A DNA stretch of 57,059 nucleotides from NCBI GenBank assembly GCA_964473825.1, contig CAYYQL010000016.1, positions 1-57,059 of the forward strand, in the 5' to 3' direction. Source of the DNA: an uncultured archaeon (GTDB lineage Archaea; Asgardarchaeota; Thorarchaeia; Thorarchaeales; Thorarchaeaceae). Of this stretch, positions 33,915 through 43,561 are shown piece after piece. Position 1 is the stretch's first letter; each line of letters begins with the position of its first letter. Both the position numbers and the translations under genes were made by a program. Under the pieces are notes generated by a model. That model made no database searches, was not told where the DNA came from, and saw only the letters and a list, made by a program, of their open reading frames with translations.

Positions 33915-35033
33915 GTGAAAGAAGCAATGCAAAGAAGAATCTATGCAATCCGCGATTACTTCGAGGAGAATCCAAGAATCCGTAGACTCATCAAACCTTT
34001 GACAGTGATTACTGTCATGGTGCTAGCTGCAATTCTGATTGCTGCCGCAATATACGCCTATACCTGGGAGGGATTCCTTGTAAGGACTGGCAAATCGATA
34101 GTGAATGGCCTTGCTCTCAGCATGCTACTCTTCCTGATGGTCTCTGGCTTCTTCTTGATCTTTGGACTATGTGACGTGATCAACTTCGCCCATGGCGCAT
34201 TCTTCATGCTAGGAGGTTTCTTGGGATTTGTCATCTATCTCGGGACCGAGGCGGTCCTTCTAGATCCTGCCCTACCCTTCTATCTCATCTTTGGGGCCAA
34301 CTACTTCGCTCTGTCAGTTACGGCATTTATCGTGAGTGCCCTTGGGGCAACTGCAATCATGGCTCTCATTGGTGGAGGAATAGAGTTCTTCACGATTCGA
34401 AGGCTATACGGCAATCCCATCGCTCAGATCCTGCTGACTGTTGGTTTCATGTTTATTATCACTCAGGTCGCTGAGATCATCTGGGGCCCTCCACAGTTTT
34501 CGTACTTCGTAGTTCCTAACTCACAGATAAACTACTTCTTCATTAGCGGCGTTCTTGATCTCGGCGGAAACGTCCAGTTTCTGTTTTATCGTATCTTCCT
34601 GATATTCCTCGGGTTGGCTGTTGCTGGACTCATGTTTTTTGGGTTCAGAAGGACACGCATCGGTCTCCAGATTCAGGCTGGAATAGAAGACTCAGAAATG
34701 GTCGAAGCATTAGGGACTGACATCAGAAAACTGTTCACAGTAGTGTTCATGTTAGGTGCCGGTCTTGCTGGCCTCTCAGGTGCTGTCCTCGTTCCTTGGA
34801 TTGGAGCAAACTCGGGACATGGCCTTACCTACCTCATCTATGCCTTTGTCATCGTTGTGGTTGGCGGTGCACATTACGGTCGGTTTGAAGGGACATTCTT
34901 TGGGGCACTCATCGTCGGTTTATCGATGCAGTTTGCCGCCTATTTCATCCCATTTCTTGAGAACATCATTGTCTTCATTATTATGGCAATTATCTTGATA
35001 GTACGTCCAGGAGGATTGACGGGTCATGAGTAG
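33915..35033 (+). CDS. livH: Liv-type ABC permease (LivH-like)
   Basis: NGLA, G..LIFG..VINFAHG, RTRIGL, AFVIVVVGG, RPGGL. Confidence 0.88.
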   Translation: MKEAMQRRIYAIRDYFEENPRIRRLIKPLTVITVMVLAAILIAAAIYAYTWEGFLVRTGKSIVNGLALSMLLFLMVSGFFLIFGLCDVINFAHGAFFMLGGFLGFVIYLGTEAVLLDPALPFYLIFGANYFALSVTAFIVSALGATAIMALIGGGIEFFTIRRLYGNPIAQILLTVGFMFIITQVAEIIWGPPQFSYFVVPNSQINYFFISGVLDLGGNVQFLFYRIFLIFLGLAVAGLMFFGFRRTRIGLQIQAGIEDSEMVEALGTDIRKLFTVVFMLGAGLAGLSGAVLVPWIGANSGHGLTYLIYAFVIVVVGGAHYGRFEGTFFGALIVGLSMQFAAYFIPFLENIIVFIIMAIILIVRPGGLTGHE

Positions 35034-36645
35034 CGAAGATGTCCATGCAAGCGAGTCTGCAGGGCATACAAAGCATGGAGTAGTCGAGAGCATTCTCTCC
35101 ATACTGTCGAATAATAGAACAATGGTCGCTGTTCTTGCCTTTCTGTTTCTGCTCCCACTCGGTACAACTACAGGCACATCTCCCGTCCGGGCTCTCATTT
35201 TCCTCTTCACTCAGATAATGATCTTTGGGCTGCTTGCCATGTCCTTTGATCTGCAATTGGGTCGAGCCTCAATTCTCAATTTCGGACATGTTGCTTTATT
35301 TGGTGTGGGGGCCTATTTCATGGCCTTCACTCTGGATGTGGATTTCCTTCCTCCACCCTTCAATCTTGTTGCGACCATTCCATTCCCATTCACCATAATC
35401 ATTGCGATGTTTATTGGAGCTGGACTTGGATTCATAATGGGGTTGACTACTAGTCGGATGAAAGGCACTGCGTTTGCATTCACTGCACTGGCAATAGCGA
35501 TGTTCATCTACAATTTCTTCTTTCAGAGCCCGGACATTTCAGGCGGAGAAACAGGACTGAGAGTACCAACCCCAGATCTCATCCGAACAGCTCCTCTCTA
35601 TCTGTTATTTGTTGGAGTTGCTTTTGTATTTCTTGCAGCGTTTATGGGAATGGTCATCCTCTACCTGAAGAAACGGACAGACACCTCTGGGCTCATCCTT
35701 GTCACTCCTGTTTTTGCAGTCTTCACTGGTGTCCTCTTGTTCTTTGGAACGAACGTTGTTGGGCCCACAGTGGTTTTGTTTGCCTTTCTTGGTGCTGTTC
35801 TTCTCTTCTTGATGGAAAGGCGGAGGGTCATCACTAATCCCGTTGAATACGCAGAGAAGCAACAACAGACAGAGGAAAGAAAGCCAACTGATACGATGGT
35901 TTCTTTTGGATTACCTGTCGTCATCATCGCCATCTTTCTCGTTGGTGTGGCAATAACCTTCGGGGCGAACATTGCTCAAATGTTGTCGCTATGGTTTGAG
36001 GACACAACCACCTTCTACTATACCATTCCAGTGCAATACTACCTTGTGCTCTGTTGTCTAGTGGTTGTCTACTTCTTCATGAGACGACTAATTGCATCAC
36101 CATTTGGGAGAATGGTGACCGCCGTCGCTCAGAATGAGGAACGAGCGCAGGCCTTGGGGTATGATAGTTATCGCGCCAAGATTGTTGTCTTGGTCATCAG
36201 TGGTGCAATCGCTGCTCTTTCGGGGGCACTGTATGCACCTTACATTCGCACCATTGATCCGGACACAGCACTGGGAGTGGGAGTCACCATAGACGCTATG
36301 ATATTCACCATTATCGGAGGAATAGGTACGTTATTTGGCCCATTACTCGGAACCGCGCTGGTGAAGTACTCAGAGCTCAATCTAGTCGACTTCATAACGG
36401 ACGGACTCAACCTAGATGGAAGGTTGTGGTTAGTTGGTTTGGGAGTAATGTACATTGCCATTGTTCTCTTCTTGCCGCTTGGTATTGTTGGTTCTATTGA
36501 GAGGAGGTCACGCTCAATTAAGGAACGACTTCGACGGTTCAAGATTGGCCGATTTGAGTTTGGAGTGAAAGATACTGACTACTGGGTATTTGCATTGATA
36601 GGCATAATCGGACTGTTCCTATTGTTACTATTCCTCAGTTTCTAA
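35026..36645 (+). CDS. livM: Liv-type ABC permease (LivM-like, enlarged)
   Basis: NFGHVALFGVGAY, GGETG, SPFGR...QNEERAQALG, IIGGIGTLFGP; extra TM insert. Confidence 0.88.
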   Translation: MSSEDVHASESAGHTKHGVVESILSILSNNRTMVAVLAFLFLLPLGTTTGTSPVRALIFLFTQIMIFGLLAMSFDLQLGRASILNFGHVALFGVGAYFMAFTLDVDFLPPPFNLVATIPFPFTIIIAMFIGAGLGFIMGLTTSRMKGTAFAFTALAIAMFIYNFFFQSPDISGGETGLRVPTPDLIRTAPLYLLFVGVAFVFLAAFMGMVILYLKKRTDTSGLILVTPVFAVFTGVLLFFGTNVVGPTVVLFAFLGAVLLFLMERRRVITNPVEYAEKQQQTEERKPTDTMVSFGLPVVIIAIFLVGVAITFGANIAQMLSLWFEDTTTFYYTIPVQYYLVLCCLVVVYFFMRRLIASPFGRMVTAVAQNEERAQALGYDSYRAKIVVLVISGAIAALSGALYAPYIRTIDPDTALGVGVTIDAMIFTIIGGIGTLFGPLLGTALVKYSELNLVDFITDGLNLDGRLWLVGLGVMYIAIVLFLPLGIVGSIERRSRSIKERLRRFKIGRFEFGVKDTDYWVFALIGIIGLFLLLLFLSF

Positions 36646-36712
36646 GATGGAGTTGATGATATGTTCAGGATTGCATCAAGTGAGAAAGTCGAAACAGAAA
36701 TTGGTGATTGCT

Positions 36713-37531
36713 ATGCCATATGAGTCGGTTGGAGACCTCGATATCTACTATGAGATTCATGGACCGTCTGATGCTCCCCCTCTTGTACTAATAGGAGGAT
36801 GGGCCAGTTGGAATTGGATTTGGTTTCGGCAAGTCCCGACCTTCAAGGAGAAATACAGATGTATCATCTTTGATAATCGAGGGGCCGGGAGGAGCTCAAA
36901 GCCAGACTACCAGTATTCAATGGAGATGTTTGCGCGAGACACTGTTGGCCTGCTTGATGCATTGCAGATAGAGTCTGCGCATGTAATGGGGATTTCCATG
37001 GGCGGGATGATTGCACAACAGATTGCGTTCTCTTATCCGGAGAGGGTTAGAAGCTTGATCATTGTTTCCAGTAATTTTGGGGGCTCCAATGCCGTTCCAA
37101 TGGATGACAAGACAATGGCTTTGCTTCTTGCTGTACCCACTGAAACAATCTCCATCGAGCAAGCAAGGCAAATGCGATATCGTGCCACCTTCAGTCCTGA
37201 GTTCCTTGAAGAGAACCGAGATGTGTTAGAGCAGATTGATGAATGGGCACAGAGATATCCCACACCCCTTTATGCTCAAGTACATCAGAGTGCCGCTGCA
37301 GCAGGCTTTGATTTTGAATCACAAGTCAAACAAATAACGGCTCCCACGCTCGTCCTACATGGCGATAGGGACAGAGCGGTGCCGACCAAGAATGGAGAAC
37401 TGCTTGCTCGGATAATACCAAACTCGAAGCTGGTTATTCTCAAGGGCGCCTCACATTTCTGCATTATTGAGAAGTATGAAGAGCTCAATAGAGAGGTAAT
37501 GAGCTTCATAGATGAAGTAGAGAGAGGTTGA
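36713..37531 (+). CDS. Alpha/beta-fold hydrolase
   Basis: FDNRGAGRS, GISMGG (GxSxG), HGDRD, GASH; ATG 36713 after GGTGA. Confidence 0.9.
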   Translation: MPYESVGDLDIYYEIHGPSDAPPLVLIGGWASWNWIWFRQVPTFKEKYRCIIFDNRGAGRSSKPDYQYSMEMFARDTVGLLDALQIESAHVMGISMGGMIAQQIAFSYPERVRSLIIVSSNFGGSNAVPMDDKTMALLLAVPTETISIEQARQMRYRATFSPEFLEENRDVLEQIDEWAQRYPTPLYAQVHQSAAAAGFDFESQVKQITAPTLVLHGDRDRAVPTKNGELLARIIPNSKLVILKGASHFCIIEKYEELNREVMSFIDEVERG

Positions 37532-37603
37532 CTTGCTTAGAGATCCTGCAAAGAAGGTGGTTCGGCAAGGAGAAGCGTGTCTCCCTATAGATAAATTCAG
37601 AAG

Positions 37604-38623
37604 ATGTTGCTCATGGCTCGTTCAGCAGTAGTCACAGGGTTGGGTATCTACATACCGGAAAAAATGTTGACCAATGAAGATATAGAGAAGATGCTTGACC
37701 GTCCAGGAACAGCAGATTGGCTAGTAAAGAATGTCGGTATCAGAGAACGGCATATCATGGCCGACGATGAAGTCACGTCCGATCTCGCACTACATGCCAG
37801 TCGGGAGGCATTAGAGAATGCGGATGTGGAACCGGAAGACCTTGACCTGATTATTCTCAGTACCGACACTCCAGACTATATATCTCCTGCAACATCAGTT
37901 GTGGTCCAGTACAAACTCGGGGCAGAGAATGCAGGAACGTTCGATGTAAATTGTGCGTGTGCTGGATTGGTCACTGCTATGGACATCGCCTCTCGATACA
38001 TCCAGACGGATTCTGAAATCGAGAGAGTTCTCGTGGTCGGTGCATATGGTATGACCAAATTCGTGGACTGGACTGATCACTACACCTGTACACTATTTGC
38101 TGATGCCGCTGGAGCAATGATACTGCAGGCTGATGATGAACGAGAAGGTCTCATTGCCTCCAAACTGATTGCTGATGGCTCCTTCCATGACCATCTAGGC
38201 ATCTTCGTTGGAGGAACTGCAGAACCACCAACCGTTGAGGCAATCCAGAACAACAGACATCATCTGGCATTTCGGAAGCGGTTTCCTGCAGACACGAACC
38301 TACAGCACTGGCCGCAACTCACACGAGACTGCGTTTCTAAGGCGAATCTCTCCCTCAAGGACATAGACTGGTTCTTCTTCACCCAAGTGAATCTCCGGAC
38401 TATTGAGGCAGTCATGAGGGAATTGGATGCTCCACTGGAAAAGACGCATAATGTCATGGACAAATGGGGATATACAGGTTCGGCCTGTATCGCATTAGCA
38501 ATGTATGATGCTGTTGACCAGGGGAAGCTTCCACCTCCGGGTCAGGGTAATGGAGAGAACATCGCCCTCTGTTCATCAGGAGGAGGATTCAATATGGCAG
38601 CTGCAGTATTGAAATGGTGGTAA
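37604..38623 (+). CDS. 3-oxoacyl-ACP synthase III (FabH/KAS III)-like protein with altered catalytic triad
   Basis: GIRERH, TDTPDY.SP.T, FDVNCACAG (Cys intact); TQVN at the HQAN position and GYTGSA at the GNTS position. Confidence 0.85.
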   Translation: MLLMARSAVVTGLGIYIPEKMLTNEDIEKMLDRPGTADWLVKNVGIRERHIMADDEVTSDLALHASREALENADVEPEDLDLIILSTDTPDYISPATSVVVQYKLGAENAGTFDVNCACAGLVTAMDIASRYIQTDSEIERVLVVGAYGMTKFVDWTDHYTCTLFADAAGAMILQADDEREGLIASKLIADGSFHDHLGIFVGGTAEPPTVEAIQNNRHHLAFRKRFPADTNLQHWPQLTRDCVSKANLSLKDIDWFFFTQVNLRTIEAVMRELDAPLEKTHNVMDKWGYTGSACIALAMYDAVDQGKLPPPGQGNGENIALCSSGGGFNMAAAVLKWW

Positions 38624-38644
38624 AAATCCTAAGAAGGGATACTA

Positions 38645-40210
38645 ATGGCCAATCAGTTCGATTATCTATCCAAGCGTGAAGTCTTCTCGCCTGATGCTGA
38701 GGCAATCGTTGATGTCACGTCGGGCAAGAGGTACACTTACTCAGACTTCAACAAACGAGCCAATCAGGTGGCAAACTTCCTTCAGCAAGAAACCGGGTTT
38801 AGGAAAGGAGACCGTCTCTGCATTATTGCCCATAATAGCCTGGAATACTGGGAATCTTTCTTTGGATGTCAGAAGTGTGGTGGCATCTTCAGTCCTCTAA
38901 ACTGGCGTCTGGTGGCCCGAGAACTGGCAGGTCTCATCGAAGACCTCTCTCCTACTGCTTTGCTCTATGATAAGGAGATGCTCAGTGTTGTAGCTGAGAT
39001 GAAGAATGATGTTGCTGTTGAGCATTGGATTTCACTAGATGGGGAGGGAACAGAGCTTGAGGGCTCTGTGAGTTACGAAGGAGGGATTGACGGAGTAGAA
39101 TCCAACTCTCCTGAGGCTGTGAAACTCTCTTACGAGGACGCTATGGGGATAATGTATACTGGCGGAACAACGGGACTTCCCAAGGGTGCTATGATCACCT
39201 ACAGACATGTCGCATTCAATACCCTCAACACGATTCGAGACATCCTTCCGAATGACATCTACATCAACCATCTGCCGCTGTTTCACGTGGGCGGACTCTA
39301 TGTGTACGCCATCCCGCTCTTTATCTTCGGGGGAAAGGTCATTCAGATGAAGCAATGGGGCGTAGATACCGTCGTAGAACTGATCAACAAGGAGAAGCCA
39401 GACTTCTTCTTTGCAGTCCCCACGCAGTATAGAATGCTGATGAACCACCCCGAGTTTCAGTCGATTGATTTCAGTACGGTGAGGTTCTTAACTTCTGGAG
39501 GTGAACCCTTGTCTCTAGATATCATCAAGACATATCGGGAGGTCCATGGAGTCAAATTCAAACAGGGATTCGGAATGACAGAAGTTGGACCCGGGTGCTT
39601 TGCTCTCGATCCGTGGGATGCAGAACGGAAGGTTGGCAGTATTGGCACGCCGAACTTCTTCATCGACGCAAAGGTTGTTGATCCAGAAACTGGAAAGGAA
39701 TGTGGCACAAATGAGGTTGGTGAACTCCTGTTCAAAGGTCCTACAGTCACGAAGGGTTACTGGAACCGACCCCGGCTGAATAAGACTATGCTAGATGAGG
39801 ATGGTTGGTTCAGAACAGGAGACGTGGTGCGGTTTGATGACGAAGGATACTACTTCGTAGTCGATCGTGTGAAGGATATGTTCATCTCTGGAGGGGAGAA
39901 TGTTTATCCCCGAGAAATCGAGAATGTGCTAGAGGAGCATCCAAAAGTCGCTCAGGTTCAAGTGATTGGCGTGCCGGACCCCAAGTGGGGCGAAGTAGGA
40001 AGAGCTATTGTTGTCCTTGCGCCAGGAGAAGAAGTCTCAGAGGATGAAATACTCCAGTATTGCAGAGGGAAACTAGCGAAGTTCAAGATTCCAAAGTCGG
40101 TACGCTTCATCAACAGTTTCGAGGCCTACATCTCTGGGGCAGGAAAAATCCTGAAGCGACAATTACGAGAAGACTACGGGGAGGAATTATCTTGCCGTTC
40201 AAGAGTGTGA
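38645..40210 (+). CDS. Acyl-CoA synthetase (long-chain fatty-acid/MenE-like AMP ligase)
   Basis: YTGGTTGLPKG, LPLFHVGG, QGFGMTE, GWFRTGD, DRVKDMFISGGENVYP, GKILK. Confidence 0.93.
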   Translation: MANQFDYLSKREVFSPDAEAIVDVTSGKRYTYSDFNKRANQVANFLQQETGFRKGDRLCIIAHNSLEYWESFFGCQKCGGIFSPLNWRLVARELAGLIEDLSPTALLYDKEMLSVVAEMKNDVAVEHWISLDGEGTELEGSVSYEGGIDGVESNSPEAVKLSYEDAMGIMYTGGTTGLPKGAMITYRHVAFNTLNTIRDILPNDIYINHLPLFHVGGLYVYAIPLFIFGGKVIQMKQWGVDTVVELINKEKPDFFFAVPTQYRMLMNHPEFQSIDFSTVRFLTSGGEPLSLDIIKTYREVHGVKFKQGFGMTEVGPGCFALDPWDAERKVGSIGTPNFFIDAKVVDPETGKECGTNEVGELLFKGPTVTKGYWNRPRLNKTMLDEDGWFRTGDVVRFDDEGYYFVVDRVKDMFISGGENVYPREIENVLEEHPKVAQVQVIGVPDPKWGEVGRAIVVLAPGEEVSEDEILQYCRGKLAKFKIPKSVRFINSFEAYISGAGKILKRQLREDYGEELSCRSRV

Positions 40211-40986
40211 ATGGAGTAAAACTCTACTACGAGATTCATGGAGAGGGAGAACCGATTATTTTTGGGAATGGAGTCTTCTCAAACACGCTGGGTTGGGTCT
40301 ATCAGCATCCAGTCATCTCCAAAAAGTATCAGGTCATCCTCTACGACATGCGTGGCCAGGGTCAGAGCGAGAAGCCCGAGAGTCCTTATTCTTTTGATAT
40401 TCATGCTGAGGACCAAAGGGCTCTTCTCGACGAGCTTGGTATCTCTGAGGTCCACCATGTGGGTATCAGCTATGGAGCTGAACTAGGCTTGGTCTTTGCC
40501 CTGAACTACCCAGATGTGGTGAAGAGCCTTGTTGTCTGTAGTGCAGTTTCACACATCAGACCGTTACTCTACACTATGGCTCAGTTGTGGAGGAATGCAT
40601 GCATGCTTGCTGATCCTGAGCTGTTCTACAATGCTACTGTACCCTTGAATTTCGCCGAAACCTTCATCCAAGAACAACAACCCCTTCTTGAAAGAGCAAA
40701 GGAACGGTACGCACAGCTGAACTATCCTGCACTTGTGCGGCTGATGGACGCCTTTCTTGAGCTGAATATCACTGATAGACTGTCGGAGATTGAATGCCCC
40801 GCCTGTGTCATTGCTGGTGAGAAGGACATCTTGAAGCCAGCTGACCCGTACTCGCGACTAATCCATGAAAAGTTGCCAAACTCAGAGATGGTAATCATTC
40901 GTGATTCTGGGCATGCAGTCACCTTTGAGAGGCCTGAAGAATTCAACAGTGTGGTCCTAGGATTTCTAGCCAAACAGCCTCAGTAA
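40192..40986 (+). CDS. Alpha/beta-fold hydrolase
   Basis: TTG 40192 after GGAGG; YDMRGQGQS, GISYGA, GEKD, SGHAV. Confidence 0.9.
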   Translation: MPFKSVNGVKLYYEIHGEGEPIIFGNGVFSNTLGWVYQHPVISKKYQVILYDMRGQGQSEKPESPYSFDIHAEDQRALLDELGISEVHHVGISYGAELGLVFALNYPDVVKSLVVCSAVSHIRPLLYTMAQLWRNACMLADPELFYNATVPLNFAETFIQEQQPLLERAKERYAQLNYPALVRLMDAFLELNITDRLSEIECPACVIAGEKDILKPADPYSRLIHEKLPNSEMVIIRDSGHAVTFERPEEFNSVVLGFLAKQPQ

Positions 40987-41138
40987 CAACCCATTACTTA
41001 GAAAAACAGGTGTTTGTATTGATAGGCGTTACATATTTTAATTCCAAAATAGATTTCCTCAACAGATATATAGCTTAGGACTATTCTTTCCCAACTCAAA
41101 CAGTGTTTTCTAGTAGAACCTGTTGGGGAGGATAGAAG

Positions 41139-42584
41139 ATGAAAAAGATAAGACTGTTTTCTCTGTCTCTCTTGTTGCTCTTCGTATCATCCCTTGCTAT
41201 GTCTGCTTTGTTCGTACCTAGAGTTGCAGCACAGGCTGACGATCCAATCAAGATTGGAGTCTTCGTCCCAGAAACAGCCGGTCTGACAGCCTATGGTCCA
41301 TGGACAAAGCAAGGCTTCGAGCTTGGTATGGTGTATGGTACAACGGAGATGGGGTATGACAACGAGAACAAGACCCAAGCGGGTCGACCGTATGAGATTA
41401 CCTACTATGATACGAAAGGCGATGTGGTCGAAGCTGCTACCGTAGCAACACAAGCTATCGAAACAGATGGTATTGATATTCTAGTCGGCGGCACGTCAAG
41501 TGCCGTTGCTGCAGCAATATCGCCCATTGCGGAGGACTATGAGAAGCTCTTCTTCATAAGTCCAGCTGCCGCTTCTTCACTGACTGCATCAGAGTTCAAT
41601 CCATACATCTTTCGAATTGCCAGAAACAACTGGCATGATGCCTATGCGGGTGTCACATATGCCATGGATTACCTCAACTATACGAAGTTCGCCTTTCTTG
41701 CTGCTGACTATTCCTTTGGGTATGATGGCGTTTCTTCAATGACAGAGGTGATTCAGGAGAAGGGCGGAGTGGTGCTCAGTTCTGTATATGCGAATCTCTT
41801 TGATACTGACTTCTCCCAGGAGATTGATGCTCTCAAAGCTGCTGACGCAGTAAACGACATCGAGTACCTGTTCATCATCTGGGCTCTCGACTTCTCATAT
41901 CTGTACAATGACCTTACAACCTACGATCTTGCAGCAGATATGGAAATCTCTGGGGCATGCATTGACATCCTTTCAATGAACGCCATTGAAGCGAGTCTCA
42001 CACCACCTGCGACTTACGTCGGGGCTACTGGGTTGAGTCTCTACGGATATGAGTTGCCAGACAACGATGTCAATGACTGGATGGTGCAAGAACATGTCAC
42101 AAGGAACATCATGCCGAATGGCCAGTACGGACTAACATATCGGGTCCCCGAGCTTTTCACTGCGAGTGGTTTTGCCACAGCTCAGTTCTTGGTGAATGTG
42201 ACCAATGCTGTACCAGATCTCAATACTGATGACATGATACGGCATCTGGAGAGTGGACTCACCATCGACACTCCGAAGGGACCGACGTACCTCCGGCCTG
42301 AGGACCATCAAGGGCTTGCTGAGATGTATATCGCTGAAGCCTGGCTGGACGACCGGACGGGGTCCGAAACTGAGGGCTTCATCATTGCCAAGCATGTTGC
42401 CACTCTCGACCGATTCACGGTCGCTCCTCCAGTGGAATCCGGTTATACGCCGACGACGACCACAACCACCACAACCACCACAACCCCGCTAGTATTCGAT
42501 CCCCTGGTCATCGGGGTGATTGTTGTCATTGCTGTAGTGGCGATAGTTGTCATAGTATGGATCGGCAAATCTCGAGGAACGTAG
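41139..42584 (+). CDS. Liv-type ABC substrate-binding protein with Thr linker and C-terminal TM anchor
   Basis: Signal peptide; PIKIGV, GFELG, VGGTSSAVA, NPYIFR, ADYSFG, TPKG...R.EDHQ; 11-Thr run, then hydrophobic helix and KSRGT. Confidence 0.9.
   Translation: MKKIRLFSLSLLLLFVSSLAMSALFVPRVAAQADDPIKIGVFVPETAGLTAYGPWTKQGFELGMVYGTTEMGYDNENKTQAGRPYEITYYDTKGDVVEAATVATQAIETDGIDILVGGTSSAVAAAISPIAEDYEKLFFISPAAASSLTASEFNPYIFRIARNNWHDAYAGVTYAMDYLNYTKFAFLAADYSFGYDGVSSMTEVIQEKGGVVLSSVYANLFDTDFSQEIDALKAADAVNDIEYLFIIWALDFSYLYNDLTTYDLAADMEISGACIDILSMNAIEASLTPPATYVGATGLSLYGYELPDNDVNDWMVQEHVTRNIMPNGQYGLTYRVPELFTASGFATAQFLVNVTNAVPDLNTDDMIRHLESGLTIDTPKGPTYLRPEDHQGLAEMYIAEAWLDDRTGSETEGFIIAKHVATLDRFTVAPPVESGYTPTTTTTTTTTTTPLVFDPLVIGVIVVIAVVAIVVIVWIGKSRGT
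42453..42485 (+). repeat. Poly-Thr linker, including (ACCACAACC)x3
   Basis: Eleven consecutive Thr codons before the TM anchor. Confidence 0.8.
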
Positions 42585-42597
42585 AGTTCGATCTGGA

Positions 42598-42637
42598 AGG
42601 TTCAAGTGGGTATAGCTTGAACCTCACCCTTTCTTTT
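42598..42637 (+). terminator. Hairpin plus T-rich tract after the substrate-binding protein gene
   Basis: AGGTTCAAG (42598-42606) pairs with CTTGAACCT (42616-42624); TTTCTTTT follows. Confidence 0.6.
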
Positions 42638-42916
42638 CTAGAATACAAGACCTGGTTGAGGAATCTCCCACAGGTCAATCCTTGTTGCAGGGAAGAAGCA
42701 CCAAGCGGCAGAGGATTTCTGCGAACTTGTTATAATCGAGATGGAATATCTTGTTCATGGCAACGTTTCCGCGAGGTTTCAGTCTTGCACTAGTTATATG
42801 TGTCGCATTTGCGACGAACATCGAAAAACAGGATTGCAGCGTTCCGTTGTCTATTCAATATTATGGGTTATATAGCATATCGCATAATCCCCCATCTTGG
42901 GCGGTTGCATTAAACT

Positions 42917-43294
42917 CTATACAGCTGGGGAATCTTTCTCAGCTGACTTGGACTTGTCCCTCTCCATCTTCCGGTGGGCTGCGATAGATCCTGCCACCAA
43001 TCTCATCTCATCCAGAGGTGTCTGGGGCCTCGCGCCACGATCGATTCTCTCGGGAATCACCAGGAGCCGGTATGCACGCTTCCCGTGAAGAGTCTCTTCC
43101 GAAACAAAGCCTTTTGCCTCCATACGTCGAAGGTGCTTTCTGAATTCTCCGGTGGTCATCACTGATCGTTTGGCGGAAATATGGAGAAATCTCTCGTACA
43201 GTAGTTCCTCCGTCACCAGAATTGCCCAGCCGAAGGACTTGATGATGTCCAGCTCTATAGGATCTGGGCGGGGGGCATCTAGACCTGTGGCCAA
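42917..43294 (-). CDS. Hypothetical protein, possibly winged helix
   Basis: TTG start after GAGGTGA RBS; EFRKHLRRMEAKGFVSEETLHGKRAYR resembles a wHTH recognition helix and wing. Confidence 0.6.
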   Translation of the reverse strand: MATGLDAPRPDPIELDIIKSFGWAILVTEELLYERFLHISAKRSVMTTGEFRKHLRRMEAKGFVSEETLHGKRAYRLLVIPERIDRGARPQTPLDEMRLVAGSIAAHRKMERDKSKSAEKDSPAV

Positions 43295-43561
43295 TGTATC
43301 ACCTCGTCAATAGTTCATTTTACTATTCACATACTTTTCTAATAAAACTACGCGGTACGGCAATGCACAGGATTTTGCCATTCTAGTTCGACCGAGTGGT
43401 TCCTTCTCTTCTAGTCCTGTTGCGAGGCCGTACCGACGAAGATGAGATGTCGTCAATCTAACTGCTTGCCGCCTATTCGAATAACTTGTATTGTGATAAT
43501 AATTAGAATAGGAACAGATATGATTAGGAGTTTGGTACAAAAGCGGCAACCACCTACCATA

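Noticed and set aside
42860-42888. ATTATG-N17-CATAAT inverted repeat
   Set aside because: Only 6-bp arms in AT-rich DNA between convergent genes; likely chance
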